A DNA stretch of 32,712 bases, from contig CAYMPS010000002.1 of assembly GCA_964392485.1 (NCBI GenBank), forward strand, positions 1-32,712. Reading direction: 5' to 3'. This DNA is from an uncultured Gammaproteobacteria bacterium (GTDB lineage Bacteria > Patescibacteriota > Patescibacteriia > 2-12-FULL-60-25). This document shows, one piece after another, positions 23,906 through 32,712 of this stretch. Every line of letters starts with the position of its first letter. Positions within the stretch are counted from its first letter, which is position 1. Under the pieces are notes generated by a model that was given only the letters and a program-made list of their open reading frames with translations, did no database searches and was not told the DNA's origin. A program made the translations under genes and the position numbers.

Positions 23906-24733
23906 ATGAAGAGAAATCGAACGAAGCCTCTCCTTTTTGAAGCCGTGACCATCTTCCCGGAAGTTTTTGACGGCTACATGTCCGCTTCCATTTTGGGGCG
24001 TGCGAAAAAGAACAAGCTCATCAGTTTCAAAGCGCACGACCTTCGCGACTGGACGCATGATCGGCATCGCACGGTTGATGATAAGCCTTTCGGCGGAGGC
24101 GCAGGGATGCTCATGAAGCCCCAGCCTTTCTTAGAGGCTCTTGTCGCACTTGGGGTTCGGAGGAAGAAGGATGGGAGAGCACGGGCGCGGGGCGCGGGGC
24201 GCGGGGCGCGCGTCATCGTGACGGCCGCGAACGGAAAACCGTTTACGCACAAAGATGCGGTCCGCCTGTCGAAGTATGACCGCCTCATCTTCCTCTGCGG
24301 ACGCTACGAAGGCATTGATCAGCGCGTCATTGATCGCCTGGCTGACGAGGCATTCACCATCGGTCCCTACGTCTTAACCGGCGGCGAACTTCCGGCCATG
24401 GTCATGATGGATGCGGTTGCTCGGCACATCCCCGGGGTGCTCGGAGATGAAGCGTCATTGCAGGAAGAGAGTTGGGCGGATACGGGGCGGCGTTTGGCAT
24501 CTGGCGTTTGGCATTTGGCCGCTCAGGAGCGGTTTGGCCAAAAGCCAAAAGCCAAAAGCCAAAAGCCCGGTTGTTCAACTCCAAGCTTCGATTCTGCATG
24601 CGGTACCGGAGAATATCCGCAATACACCCGTCCCGAAGTCTGGCTGGGCATGAAAGTCCCGCCGATTCTCATGTCCGGCCATCACAAGAAGATCGGGGAG
24701 TGGAGGAAATTGAAGCGAAATAGAACGATATGA
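23906..24733 (+). CDS. trmD: tRNA (guanine37-N1)-methyltransferase with repeat-derived insertions
   Basis: TIFP, VDDKPFGGGAGM, CGRYEGIDQRV, IGPYVLTGGELPAM, EYPQYTRP, LMSGHH. Confidence 0.95.
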   Translation: MKRNRTKPLLFEAVTIFPEVFDGYMSASILGRAKKNKLISFKAHDLRDWTHDRHRTVDDKPFGGGAGMLMKPQPFLEALVALGVRRKKDGRARARGAGRGARVIVTAANGKPFTHKDAVRLSKYDRLIFLCGRYEGIDQRVIDRLADEAFTIGPYVLTGGELPAMVMMDAVARHIPGVLGDEASLQEESWADTGRRLASGVWHLAAQERFGQKPKAKSQKPGCSTPSFDSACGTGEYPQYTRPEVWLGMKVPPILMSGHHKKIGEWRKLKRNRTI

Positions 24734-25308
24734 AACATCGTATATCACCGGTCAACTTGATATCGCTTATCATTCTGCAGATCGTATTGTTGTTTGCGTA
24801 TTTGTTTGTCTACAGCAGATGGCTGCATTTATTGGTACCAGAAATATCTTCTTGGATCATACGTATATTGGACCCGGGTATTTCAGTCTTTATCCCCTTG
24901 TTGCTTTGCTATCTTTTTTTAAAAAATCGTATCCATTTTTCTAAAAGAGCGAAGATTGGAATCGTCACAGTGCTTATCCTCGTGGTTTTTATAAATGGTT
25001 TTATGTTTTTGGGTTTGCTTTGGGGCCGCGCATTTTCTCAAGAAAAAATTTTCCCCGTGATCGTTCCGGGAACGAGCGGCTCATTTGTGATTTCTCGATT
25101 TGCCAGCATTCCAGAAGGCGAAGGCTTCAGACTGTTTCAAATTTCAAATGGAATATTTCGAAAAGAGATCGCGCACTCTTACCGCTGGCATAAGGAGTAT
25201 CAAGATCCATACGTCGAACTCTATGGAAGTGAAAAAACACCGTCAGATAGTCCGCTCTATATCTATCATGTGATGGATCATACCCTTGAGTTATTTAAGT
25301 CAGAATAA
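24730..25308 (+). CDS. Hypothetical membrane protein (192 aa, 3 TM), AT-rich
   Basis: ATGA overlap with trmD; hydrophobic N-terminal half; visibly lower GC than neighbours. Confidence 0.7.
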   Translation: MKHRISPVNLISLIILQIVLLFAYLFVYSRWLHLLVPEISSWIIRILDPGISVFIPLLLCYLFLKNRIHFSKRAKIGIVTVLILVVFINGFMFLGLLWGRAFSQEKIFPVIVPGTSGSFVISRFASIPEGEGFRLFQISNGIFRKEIAHSYRWHKEYQDPYVELYGSEKTPSDSPLYIYHVMDHTLELFKSE

Positions 25309-25321
25309 CGTTGGATTCGTG

Positions 25322-25375
25322 AAAACCCAGCTGCTCTTCTCAGGAGATCACAAAGAAATCGATAAATGGAGGAAG
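25322..25375 (+). pseudogene. Duplicated, diverged trmD 3' fragment
   Basis: Translates KTQLLFSGDHKEIDKWRK versus the trmD C-terminus KVPPILMSGHHKKIGEWRK. Confidence 0.6.
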
Positions 25376-25617
25376 GGGGAAGAGGAAGTAATCATCCTCT
25401 GCTTTTATGAAGAGTACGATAAAGAAACGCATCACTCCGATTATTATTCTGACGGTTATTATTCTTACGGCAGGATTGATGTGCAGGCGGGCGGAAATTT
25501 GTTGCGCGTTTAACGCAACCTATTCTAGGATTTGAGTCGAATAAAGAAACAGAAAATAGTTGTGGAAAGCAATTTTATCCAGCCTTATTTTAAAATGATG
25601 CCTCTGATTAAGAACTA

Positions 25618-26109
25618 TTAATCGTCGTATTTTCTGATACGCCGTGTGTTTTCCTCCAACGTATCCAACCCGGCGCGTTTCCGGCGGACATTTACACTCG
25701 TTCGGTTTTTAATGGGTCGCGGAATATAATTGCCGGACGGTCCTCTGTGGAATTGCGTCCCGTATAATTGTTTTTCGCCGGAGTTTACGAGTATGCGATC
25801 CGTGAGGTATGCGCGTTCGTGAGGCGCAAAATGACAATGCTTTAGGCATGCTTCCTGAAGTTTCAAGTCGTCATCTTGATGCTGAATCAAAAGCCAAAAT
25901 ATTCGTAATCCTTTTTTCCCTAAAAGCGAGCGAGTGGGATATCCGTACTTGCGGATAATCGCGTGAATGTGACGATTATGCGCATGGTCCATGTTGTACA
26001 TGACGACACCAGGGATTCCCCTTGAGGGAGAGGGGAACGGAAGACATAGCCGAAATCCCTGATCGACATCAAACATCTTTTTAATTTTCCGTACAAGTTT
26101 GGTATCCAT
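25618..26109 (-). CDS. DUF6624-like protein
   Basis: DQ..R, YGYP, WLLIQH.D, AYLTDR.LV..G..QLYGTQF, VN.RR...GL pattern. Confidence 0.75.
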   Translation of the reverse strand: MDTKLVRKIKKMFDVDQGFRLCLPFPSPSRGIPGVVMYNMDHAHNRHIHAIIRKYGYPTRSLLGKKGLRIFWLLIQHQDDDLKLQEACLKHCHFAPHERAYLTDRILVNSGEKQLYGTQFHRGPSGNYIPRPIKNRTSVNVRRKRAGLDTLEENTRRIRKYDD

Positions 26110-26165
26110 ATCTTTTCTGATCCTATAAGCTAACACCCTAAAAGCTAAAAGCTAAAGGCTAATAG

Positions 26166-27422
26166 CTATAACCCGATCTCCACCTCCTGCGGGCCCACGG
26201 CGTACGGGCCGACCTGATAGGGAGGGAAGATGATCGTCACGCCGTCTTCCGTTATCTTCGCGATTTCATAGTTCTCTTCCTTCGGTTCGGTGCCCCGCCG
26301 GATCCAGTCTTCGTCGTCGCCCACGTACGGCTGTTCGGCGAGCGAGGTTCGCGCCCGCGTCACAACGTCTTCGAGGGAGATGTCCTCCCGATCAAAATAT
26401 TCCAAGAGGGTAAGGAATTTCTGGTTCTCTCCATCATAGATGTAACTCGCGTACACGGTATTCGGGTGCGCGCCGCCCGTGTATTCGGATCCCTGGAGCA
26501 AAACGTTTACGATGCCGTTTGATTCGTAGATATGCGCGGGTTCGAGCGAGAGGGAGAGCGGACCCGGAGACTGATCCGCCAAAAATCCTTCGCTGTATTC
26601 GGTAAACTGATCAACGAGCGATTGGACGTCTTCCTGCATGCGCTCGTTGAATGCGTCGGCGAATGTGGCGTTCGTCATAACGGGATAGCGGATATCCAGG
26701 ATGAGTGTTTCCCGTTCTTCCGCGATCTCTTCGTCCACGAATGAGATCCCGTTCGTCTGTGGCCACGCGAAGGTCTTGATGATCTCCCGGAATATCTTGG
26801 CGTCTCGGGAGGGGTCGAACGCATCACAGCTCACGTCGTCCACCGTGCCTTGAACGCACGCGTCGCTTACGCGGGGATCAATCATGCTTTGAGCGGTGAA
26901 GGACAGTCGCACGGTCCAGCCGTTTCGGCTCGTTTCATATCGATAGGTATGATATTGGCTTCCGGCCGCACCCTCCTGTTCATCGCACGCGATAAAAAAC
27001 AATCCGTTGATGAATTGTTTTGCGCCATACGCATCAAGATCGACGTCAACGTTTCCGCAGAGCTTCGGCACTTCTTCCGATCCGCTCGTTTGCGCGATAT
27101 CAAGCTCCAGCCACGCGCTGTCCAGCGATCTGTTCGGGAGGTCTATCTTCAATCGCTCCGTCCCGTTCCATGCGGTCGTGACTCCCGAAAGAGGATATTG
27201 GAACGAGAACCCCTGGGACCCGCGGTACGTCTCCCAGCCTTCGCGGAGGATTCGCGGATTCGCATTACCGCGGCCGAATACCTCATCATCCTGAGAGGCG
27301 GAATCGGACGGAGGCGATGGTTGCGGGGCGGGCTTTTCCTCCTCTTTCTTCGCGAAAGGATTGGTGCATCCCGCGCCCATGAGGATGATTCCGATCACGG
27401 AAGCTGTGAGCATGCGCTTCAT
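26166..27422 (-). CDS. Lipoprotein with a C-terminal DUF4163/DUF3298 (RsiV/PdaC-like) domain
   Basis: LMGAG/C lipobox; YTGGAHPN and FPPYQVGPYAVG motifs. Confidence 0.8.
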   Translation of the reverse strand: MKRMLTASVIGIILMGAGCTNPFAKKEEEKPAPQPSPPSDSASQDDEVFGRGNANPRILREGWETYRGSQGFSFQYPLSGVTTAWNGTERLKIDLPNRSLDSAWLELDIAQTSGSEEVPKLCGNVDVDLDAYGAKQFINGLFFIACDEQEGAAGSQYHTYRYETSRNGWTVRLSFTAQSMIDPRVSDACVQGTVDDVSCDAFDPSRDAKIFREIIKTFAWPQTNGISFVDEEIAEERETLILDIRYPVMTNATFADAFNERMQEDVQSLVDQFTEYSEGFLADQSPGPLSLSLEPAHIYESNGIVNVLLQGSEYTGGAHPNTVYASYIYDGENQKFLTLLEYFDREDISLEDVVTRARTSLAEQPYVGDDEDWIRRGTEPKEENYEIAKITEDGVTIIFPPYQVGPYAVGPQEVEIGL

Positions 27423-27478
27423 ATGCGGGAAGCATACAGGATTAATTGAAATAATTAAAAAAATTGAAAAGAGTTCAA

Positions 27479-30073
27479 TTATTTCAATCTCTTCCTCGCG
27501 TGAACGAGCTTCCAGATTTCATCCGGCAGGAGGACGAGCGCGCCCAGGGCGATGATCCAGAGCCACACGGTCCAGGGGATGGAAGTGACGTGGAGCAGGT
27601 GCGAGAGCGGGCCGCCGCTCAGGGCGATCAGGGTCATGACAATGATGATGCCGATGGCCGCCAATAAAAATGTATTCTCAAAGGGATTAAACGTGAATAC
27701 GGATCGGGTGGAGCTCCGGATGCTGAACGCGGCCCACCACTGCATGCTCGTCATGGCCAGGAGGACGATGGAGAAGCGCATCATGTCTCCATCGATACTC
27801 ATCGCGTAGAAGTAAGCGCCCAGTCCGATGGCACCCATGGCCGTGCCCAGAATGCCGATGCGAATCCAAGCGTTTTTCGGGAGGAGCTTTCCGTGTTCCG
27901 GTTTCGTTTGACCGCCGTGCGCGGGTTCGGTCGCGAGCGCGAGCACGGGCAGGGCATCCGTTACGAGGTTCAGCCACAGGATCTGCACGGCGAGGAGCGG
28001 GGTGGGGAGCATAAAAGCCAACGCCACGCCGATGACCGCCAGCTCCATGGCGTTCGTGGCAAACAGGTACGTGACGACTTTCTGAACGTTTCCGAGCACG
28101 CTTCGTCCTTCTTTTATCGCATCGACGATCGTGGCGAAGTTGTCATCCATGAGCACCAAGTCCGCGGCTTCGCGCGCCACGTCCGTTCCGGTCCCTCCCA
28201 TGGCTACGCCTACGTCCGCGGCATGGAGCGCCGGGGCGTCGTTCACGCCGTCGCCGGTCATGGCGATGATTTTCTGTTCGCCGCGCGCCACCTCGATGAG
28301 GCGCATCTTCGTTTCCGGCGTCGCGCGCGCAATGACCCGCACCTCTTTGAGCTCTTCGACGAGCTGGTCATCGTTCATCCTCATCAGATCTTCACCGAGC
28401 CTCACGGATGAGCGTTTTGAAGCCAAACCGACTTCCTTTGCGATCACGAGCGCGGTTTCCGGATGGTCGCCGGTTATCATGGTTACGTTGATGCCGTGCG
28501 AACGGCACCACTTGATGGCGTCTTTCGCTTCCTTCCTCGGATCATCCCGCAATCCGGCGAGCCCGGCGAATTTCCATCCCGAAGCGGAATATCCGAGCTG
28601 CGCCTTGGCGCTTTCCGCGAACGCAATGACGCGCATGCCCTGTCGGGCCATGGTTAAGAGGTGCGCTTCGTAATTGATGTTCTTTTCTCCGCACGCGTTG
28701 AGAATTTGTTCCGGACTCCCCGCGAGGATGCTTACCGTATCTCCGTTTTTAAGGGTCGTTGTTACCGCGCGCGTCCGCGTTGTTCCGTCGAACGGACGAA
28801 CGTCGCGCTGCATCGGAACCTCGAGCGTATACGCTCCGGCGAGATCCAAAAACGCGCGATCGATCGGGTCAACGCTCCGCAGACGCTCTTTGAGATTTGC
28901 GGCCGGATCCGCAACGGCGGCCATGAGCTCCGCGAAGCGTTTTGCACGATCCTCATCCCCGTTCACGCGCACGCATCCGTCATGTGCGATTTGAACGGTC
29001 GTTTGATCGGCGAGGACGGCTTTGTTAAAGTGAAGTTCGTTCAAGGTGAGCGTTCCGGTTTTATCCGTAAAGATCGTATCAACGCCTCCCAGGGACTCCA
29101 CGGCCTGAAGCTCTTTTACAATGGCGTTCTTCTTGCTCATGTCCCGTACGCCCCTGGCGAGCACGATGGTGAGGACGACCGGAAGCCCTTCCGGAACAAT
29201 GGCCACGATGAGAGCCAGAATGAGCGGGATGGAGGCGAGGATGGGGCGTCCGGAAGCCACGGAGGCGATGAAGAGGATGAGGGCGATGATGATGACGGCC
29301 GTGAGCACCTGATGCGACAGGGTGCGCACGCGCGTGACGAGCGGAGGTTCGGGGCGTCGTTCCGAGAGGCGCAGGGCGATGTGCCCAACTTCCGATTCGG
29401 TGCCGATGGCGCTTATGACGAGGAGGCCCGTTCCCGCAACGACGGTCGTACCCGCGTATCCCGCATTGCGAATATCAGCGGCAATCGCATTCGTTTTGAG
29501 CTTGATGGCGTCGGATGTTTTGGATACGGCGATGGATTCTCCGGTAAGGCTCGATTCGTCCACGCGAATTTCCGTCACCGTGATCCAGCGGCCGTCCGCC
29601 GGAATGCGATCGCCGGCCTGGAGCCGGACGACATCGCCCGGGACGAGATCGTCAACACTGCAAAAAAGGTGTTCACCGTTTACGAGGCAGCGCGCCTCGA
29701 ACGTGACATCTCGCTTGAGTGCTTTTAGGGCGCGGGAGGCGCGCGCGGACTGGAATGTTCCAATGACGGCATTCATCACGAGAACCGCGGAAATGATAAT
29801 CGCATCGCCCCATTCCCGCATGTAGATGGAGATGCAAGCAACGCCCAAAAGAAGGAATACGAACGGACTCGAAAATTCTTTAAGGAATCGTACAATGATC
29901 GAAGTGTCTTTTTTTTCCGGAAGCCGGTTCTTCCCGAAGCGTACGCGCCGGTTGTCGCGTTCGGACGCGTCAAGCCCCTCTTTTTTTGCGGAGAGTTTTT
30001 CGAGAGCCTTTTTCGCGTCTATTCCGGCGAGTTCACGCGGATGGATCTGTCTGGTTAGCATAAGATCGGGCAT
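27479..30073 (-). CDS. Cation-transporting P-type ATPase (type IIA-like)
   Basis: TGES, VPEGLP, DKTGTLT, TGDH, GDGVNDAPAL, QILWLNLVTD. Confidence 0.95.
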   Translation of the reverse strand: MPDLMLTRQIHPRELAGIDAKKALEKLSAKKEGLDASERDNRRVRFGKNRLPEKKDTSIIVRFLKEFSSPFVFLLLGVACISIYMREWGDAIIISAVLVMNAVIGTFQSARASRALKALKRDVTFEARCLVNGEHLFCSVDDLVPGDVVRLQAGDRIPADGRWITVTEIRVDESSLTGESIAVSKTSDAIKLKTNAIAADIRNAGYAGTTVVAGTGLLVISAIGTESEVGHIALRLSERRPEPPLVTRVRTLSHQVLTAVIIIALILFIASVASGRPILASIPLILALIVAIVPEGLPVVLTIVLARGVRDMSKKNAIVKELQAVESLGGVDTIFTDKTGTLTLNELHFNKAVLADQTTVQIAHDGCVRVNGDEDRAKRFAELMAAVADPAANLKERLRSVDPIDRAFLDLAGAYTLEVPMQRDVRPFDGTTRTRAVTTTLKNGDTVSILAGSPEQILNACGEKNINYEAHLLTMARQGMRVIAFAESAKAQLGYSASGWKFAGLAGLRDDPRKEAKDAIKWCRSHGINVTMITGDHPETALVIAKEVGLASKRSSVRLGEDLMRMNDDQLVEELKEVRVIARATPETKMRLIEVARGEQKIIAMTGDGVNDAPALHAADVGVAMGGTGTDVAREAADLVLMDDNFATIVDAIKEGRSVLGNVQKVVTYLFATNAMELAVIGVALAFMLPTPLLAVQILWLNLVTDALPVLALATEPAHGGQTKPEHGKLLPKNAWIRIGILGTAMGAIGLGAYFYAMSIDGDMMRFSIVLLAMTSMQWWAAFSIRSSTRSVFTFNPFENTFLLAAIGIIIVMTLIALSGGPLSHLLHVTSIPWTVWLWIIALGALVLLPDEIWKLVHARKRLK

Positions 30074-30126
30074 CGGGCATCGGGCAATGGGCTGGGGGTT
30101 TTTCCCTCATGCCCGTTGCTTCGTAA

Positions 30127-31086
30127 TCACCCTCTCCAAATCGCATACGCCAAGTAGGCGATGTAGATGACGACGAATGCGATTCCATGAGATCGTTTTA
30201 TCGTCGCTTTTTTGGGCTGAGTTACGAGGAAGAACCACAGCAGGATGGTAATGATCCCTGCGATGATAAGGTTTTCGAACTGTATGGCGCTGAACGGAAG
30301 CGGTGCGATGAGCGCGCTTAGCCCCAGAACGAGCAGGAGGTTGATCATATTCGATCCCACGATGTTTCCGATGAGGAGCTTCGGTTTTCCCCGTTTGCAC
30401 GCGATGATGCTCGTTGCCAGTTCCGGGAGCGACGTTCCAAGGGCGATGAGCGTTGCCCCGATGAGCCCTTGGGACACTCCAAGGAGCTCAATGATTGCTT
30501 CCGCTCCGTTCACGATGATGTTTGCGCTCACGCCGAGGCCGATGACTCCGGCGGCAATGGCGAGGAGGCCCGTCCATAGTTTTTGCGGGAGCTCCGTTTT
30601 CGGAGGCTCAATATCTTTTCCCCACTGGCCGTAGATATAAAAGGCATAGAGAGAGAATCCCAGGATGAGGATGATCCCTTCCACTCGGCCGATTTCATTC
30701 GGCCCGGAAAACAGACTCAGAGACTCTTGGGCGAATAGCGCTACAATCAATGTGGCCAAGAGCGTCAGCGGGATGCCGATGCGGATGGAGTTCTCTTTTA
30801 CGACGACGGTGGCCATGATGGATGTGATGCCCACGACGACCAGGATGTTCGCGATATTGCTCCCGAGGACGTTCGCAACGGGAATTCCCGTAAGCCCGTT
30901 TATCGTGGCCAGGATGTTCACGGCAAGCTCCGGGAGCGACGTGCCAACGGCCACGATCGTCAGTCCCAAAAATATTTCGGATAGCCTAAAACGCTTCCCG
31001 ATGACCAGGGCGCCGTCAATGAGCCAGTTCGCGGATTTCTGAAGGAGGAAAAAGCCGAGGACGAGCAGGAGAAGTTGAGTAAACAT
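30127..31086 (-). CDS. Calcium/sodium antiporter (CaCA, YrbG family)
   Basis: Two alpha repeats, GTSLPEL and GSN; about 10 TM. Confidence 0.92.
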   Translation of the reverse strand: MFTQLLLLVLGFFLLQKSANWLIDGALVIGKRFRLSEIFLGLTIVAVGTSLPELAVNILATINGLTGIPVANVLGSNIANILVVVGITSIMATVVVKENSIRIGIPLTLLATLIVALFAQESLSLFSGPNEIGRVEGIILILGFSLYAFYIYGQWGKDIEPPKTELPQKLWTGLLAIAAGVIGLGVSANIIVNGAEAIIELLGVSQGLIGATLIALGTSLPELATSIIACKRGKPKLLIGNIVGSNMINLLLVLGLSALIAPLPFSAIQFENLIIAGIITILLWFFLVTQPKKATIKRSHGIAFVVIYIAYLAYAIWRG

Positions 31087-31123
31087 CGTTCCACATTGTA
31101 TCACGGGGGAGGAAAAGGGAAGA

Positions 31124-31240
31124 TGGAATGCGGAATTTGGAATATCGTCTCAACGTCTCGTTTCTTTCACGATGTCCAAATATATCGCACGACGTCCACA
31201 AAGGTCGTTCGCATTCCGTATTCCCTAATTCCGCACTCCA
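31124..31240. repeat. Inverted heptamer repeat (GGAAT units)
   Basis: TGGAATGCGGAATTTGGAATA inverted against TATTCCCTAATTCCGCACTCCA. Confidence 0.75.
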
Positions 31241-31288
31241 ACTTCCTTCTCCTGTTGCTTCATGCCCGCAAAACGGTATACTGAATTT

Positions 31289-32712
31289 ATGATGCGGGTG
31301 CGGGGTCGATGCGTTATTTCCATTTCGATGATCGGGTCGGCGATCCTCGTTTTTTCAGTTTCTCCCGTCTTCGCAGCCCAATATCGACCCGTTCCGGTCC
31401 TTGAGGAGCATGCGCGAACCGCGGAAGTTTCCATTTGGAAGGCGGATATTTCGAATCGCGTCCGATTCCAAACATTCGATAAAACCTATAAAAGAGGGGC
31501 GTTTTTGGCCGCCGGAGACGTGGACGGCGACGGGGCGGATGAGCTTGTCTTTGGCGCGGGGCCGGATCACGCGCCGGTCGTTCGTCTCTATGAGACGGAC
31601 GGGACGCTCATCAAGGAATTCCGCGCGTATGAAGAATGGTTCAAAGGAGGCGTCCGTGTTGCCGTTGCAGACGTGGATGGCGATGGAATCGATGAGATCA
31701 TTACGGCACCGGGACCCGGCATGAAGCCGCTCATCCATGTGTTTAACGCACAGGGAGAGCATAAGCTCGAAGGGGGTGCGCTCGCATACGCCGAAACGTT
31801 CCAGGGCGGCGTTCGGCTCGCCGCGCATGACATGGACGGAGACGGGAGTGCGGAAATCATAACGGTTCCGGGTCCGGGAGGCGGTCCGCACGTCCGCATC
31901 TTCAACGGGCGCATGGAGAATGCGGGCCTGGACTTCTTTGCATTCGATGAGGGGATGCGGGATGGCATTACGGTTACGGTGCTCCGGACCATGCGCGGTC
32001 CGCAGATCGTTATCGGCATGGAGTCTTGGCAACGCCCCATCGTGCGCCGCTTCCTCCTCACGGATCGCGCGCATCTCCTAAGGGAGTTCTACGCGTTTGA
32101 TCCCGATTCCAAATCCGGTGTGAGCGTTTCCGCGTTTGACGTGGACAGCGACGGCGTGGATGAAATCGTTGCGTCGCAGAACGGAGGGACTACGTCCGAG
32201 GTTCGCATCTACGACATGTTCGGCACGCTTCATGATAAGTATCTGCTCCACGATCCTCTGTTTCGCGGAGCGCTTTCCATCGCACAGCTGGATGCGGACG
32301 GAGATGCACAGATGGAGCTCGCGACCGTGGCGCTCGCGCCGCTCGTCGTATCGCCGGAAGATGAGGAGAAGCGCATCGTCGTGAATTTGAGCCAGCAGCG
32401 GCTCTATGCGTATGAGCACGGACGCATTGCAAAAACGTTTCTCATCTCATCCGGGACATATCGGTATCCAACGCCGGCCGTTGAAACGACGGTGCTCGAA
32501 AAGATCCCCGTGAAACGCTACCGCTGGAGCTACGGCGCGAATCATCCGGATAATTACGATCTGCCGAACGTGGAGTACAACCTTCGCATCTACGGACCGA
32601 TCTACATCCACGGAGCCTACTGGCACAATAATTTCGGATACCGCATGAGCCACGGGTGCATTAACGTCGATGAGCCGGACGCGGAGTGGATCTACGGCTG
32701 GGCGGACGTCGG
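31289..32712 (+). CDS. Secreted FG-GAP-repeat protein with a C-terminal L,D-transpeptidase (YkuD) domain; runs off the window end
   Basis: Hand translation, absent from the ORF track: signal peptide, repeats such as GDVDGDGADELV and ADVDGDGIDEII, then IVVNLSQQRLYAYE...IHGAYWHNNFG..MSHGCIN; TATACT 6 nt before the ATG. Confidence 0.9.
   Translation, partial: MMRVRGRCVISISMIGSAILVFSVSPVFAAQYRPVPVLEEHARTAEVSIWKADISNRVRFQTFDKTYKRGAFLAAGDVDGDGADELVFGAGPDHAPVVRLYETDGTLIKEFRAYEEWFKGGVRVAVADVDGDGIDEIITAPGPGMKPLIHVFNAQGEHKLEGGALAYAETFQGGVRLAAHDMDGDGSAEIITVPGPGGGPHVRIFNGRMENAGLDFFAFDEGMRDGITVTVLRTMRGPQIVIGMESWQRPIVRRFLLTDRAHLLREFYAFDPDSKSGVSVSAFDVDSDGVDEIVASQNGGTTSEVRIYDMFGTLHDKYLLHDPLFRGALSIAQLDADGDAQMELATVALAPLVVSPEDEEKRIVVNLSQQRLYAYEHGRIAKTFLISSGTYRYPTPAVETTVLEKIPVKRYRWSYGANHPDNYDLPNVEYNLRIYGPIYIHGAYWHNNFGYRMSHGCINVDEPDAEWIYGWADV

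Noticed and set aside
25286-25513. 75-aa ORF as a real gene
   Set aside because: Appears to be a chimera of the trmD 3' remnant and an out-of-frame downstream fragment
28661-29728. 355-aa ORF antisense to the P-type ATPase
   Set aside because: Shadow frame in GC-rich coding DNA
31355-32653. Minus-strand ORFs at the window end
   Set aside because: Antisense to the unterminated plus-strand FG-GAP/L,D-transpeptidase gene

Overview
A bacterial chromosomal segment. Short or leaderless genes behind clean sigma70 promoters, a short ProRS with no editing domain, pilin plus pilT, and many heptamer-repeat palindromes suggest a Patescibacteria/CPR genome, which is an inference. The housekeeping backbone is proS, pilin, pilT, hup, ymdB, rny, truB, infB, trxA/trxB, rpsP-khpA, trmD, a P-type ATPase, a Ca2+/Na+ antiporter and a truncated FG-GAP/L,D-transpeptidase gene. 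Two accessory regions stand out. (1) 1-1395 is a tandem array of small divergent paralogous ORFs (MAQ...) separated by a conserved 66-nt imperfect hairpin. (2) 8924-11928 is an RNA-rich minus-strand unit behind a near-consensus extended -10 promoter. It contains two diverged copies of a ~200-nt multibranched RNA with compensatory base changes, a 107-nt tRNA-like element ending in CCA, five covarying double-hairpin spacers, two long rod RNAs, and four small membrane or secreted ORFs. A further ~280-nt structured RNA precedes rny. Also present: a RAYT/REP remnant, a Doc-type toxin-antitoxin pair, an SdpR/SdpI pair, a gene flanked by direct repeats, and a cluster of small basic proteins. All RNA folds were read by eye, not computed.
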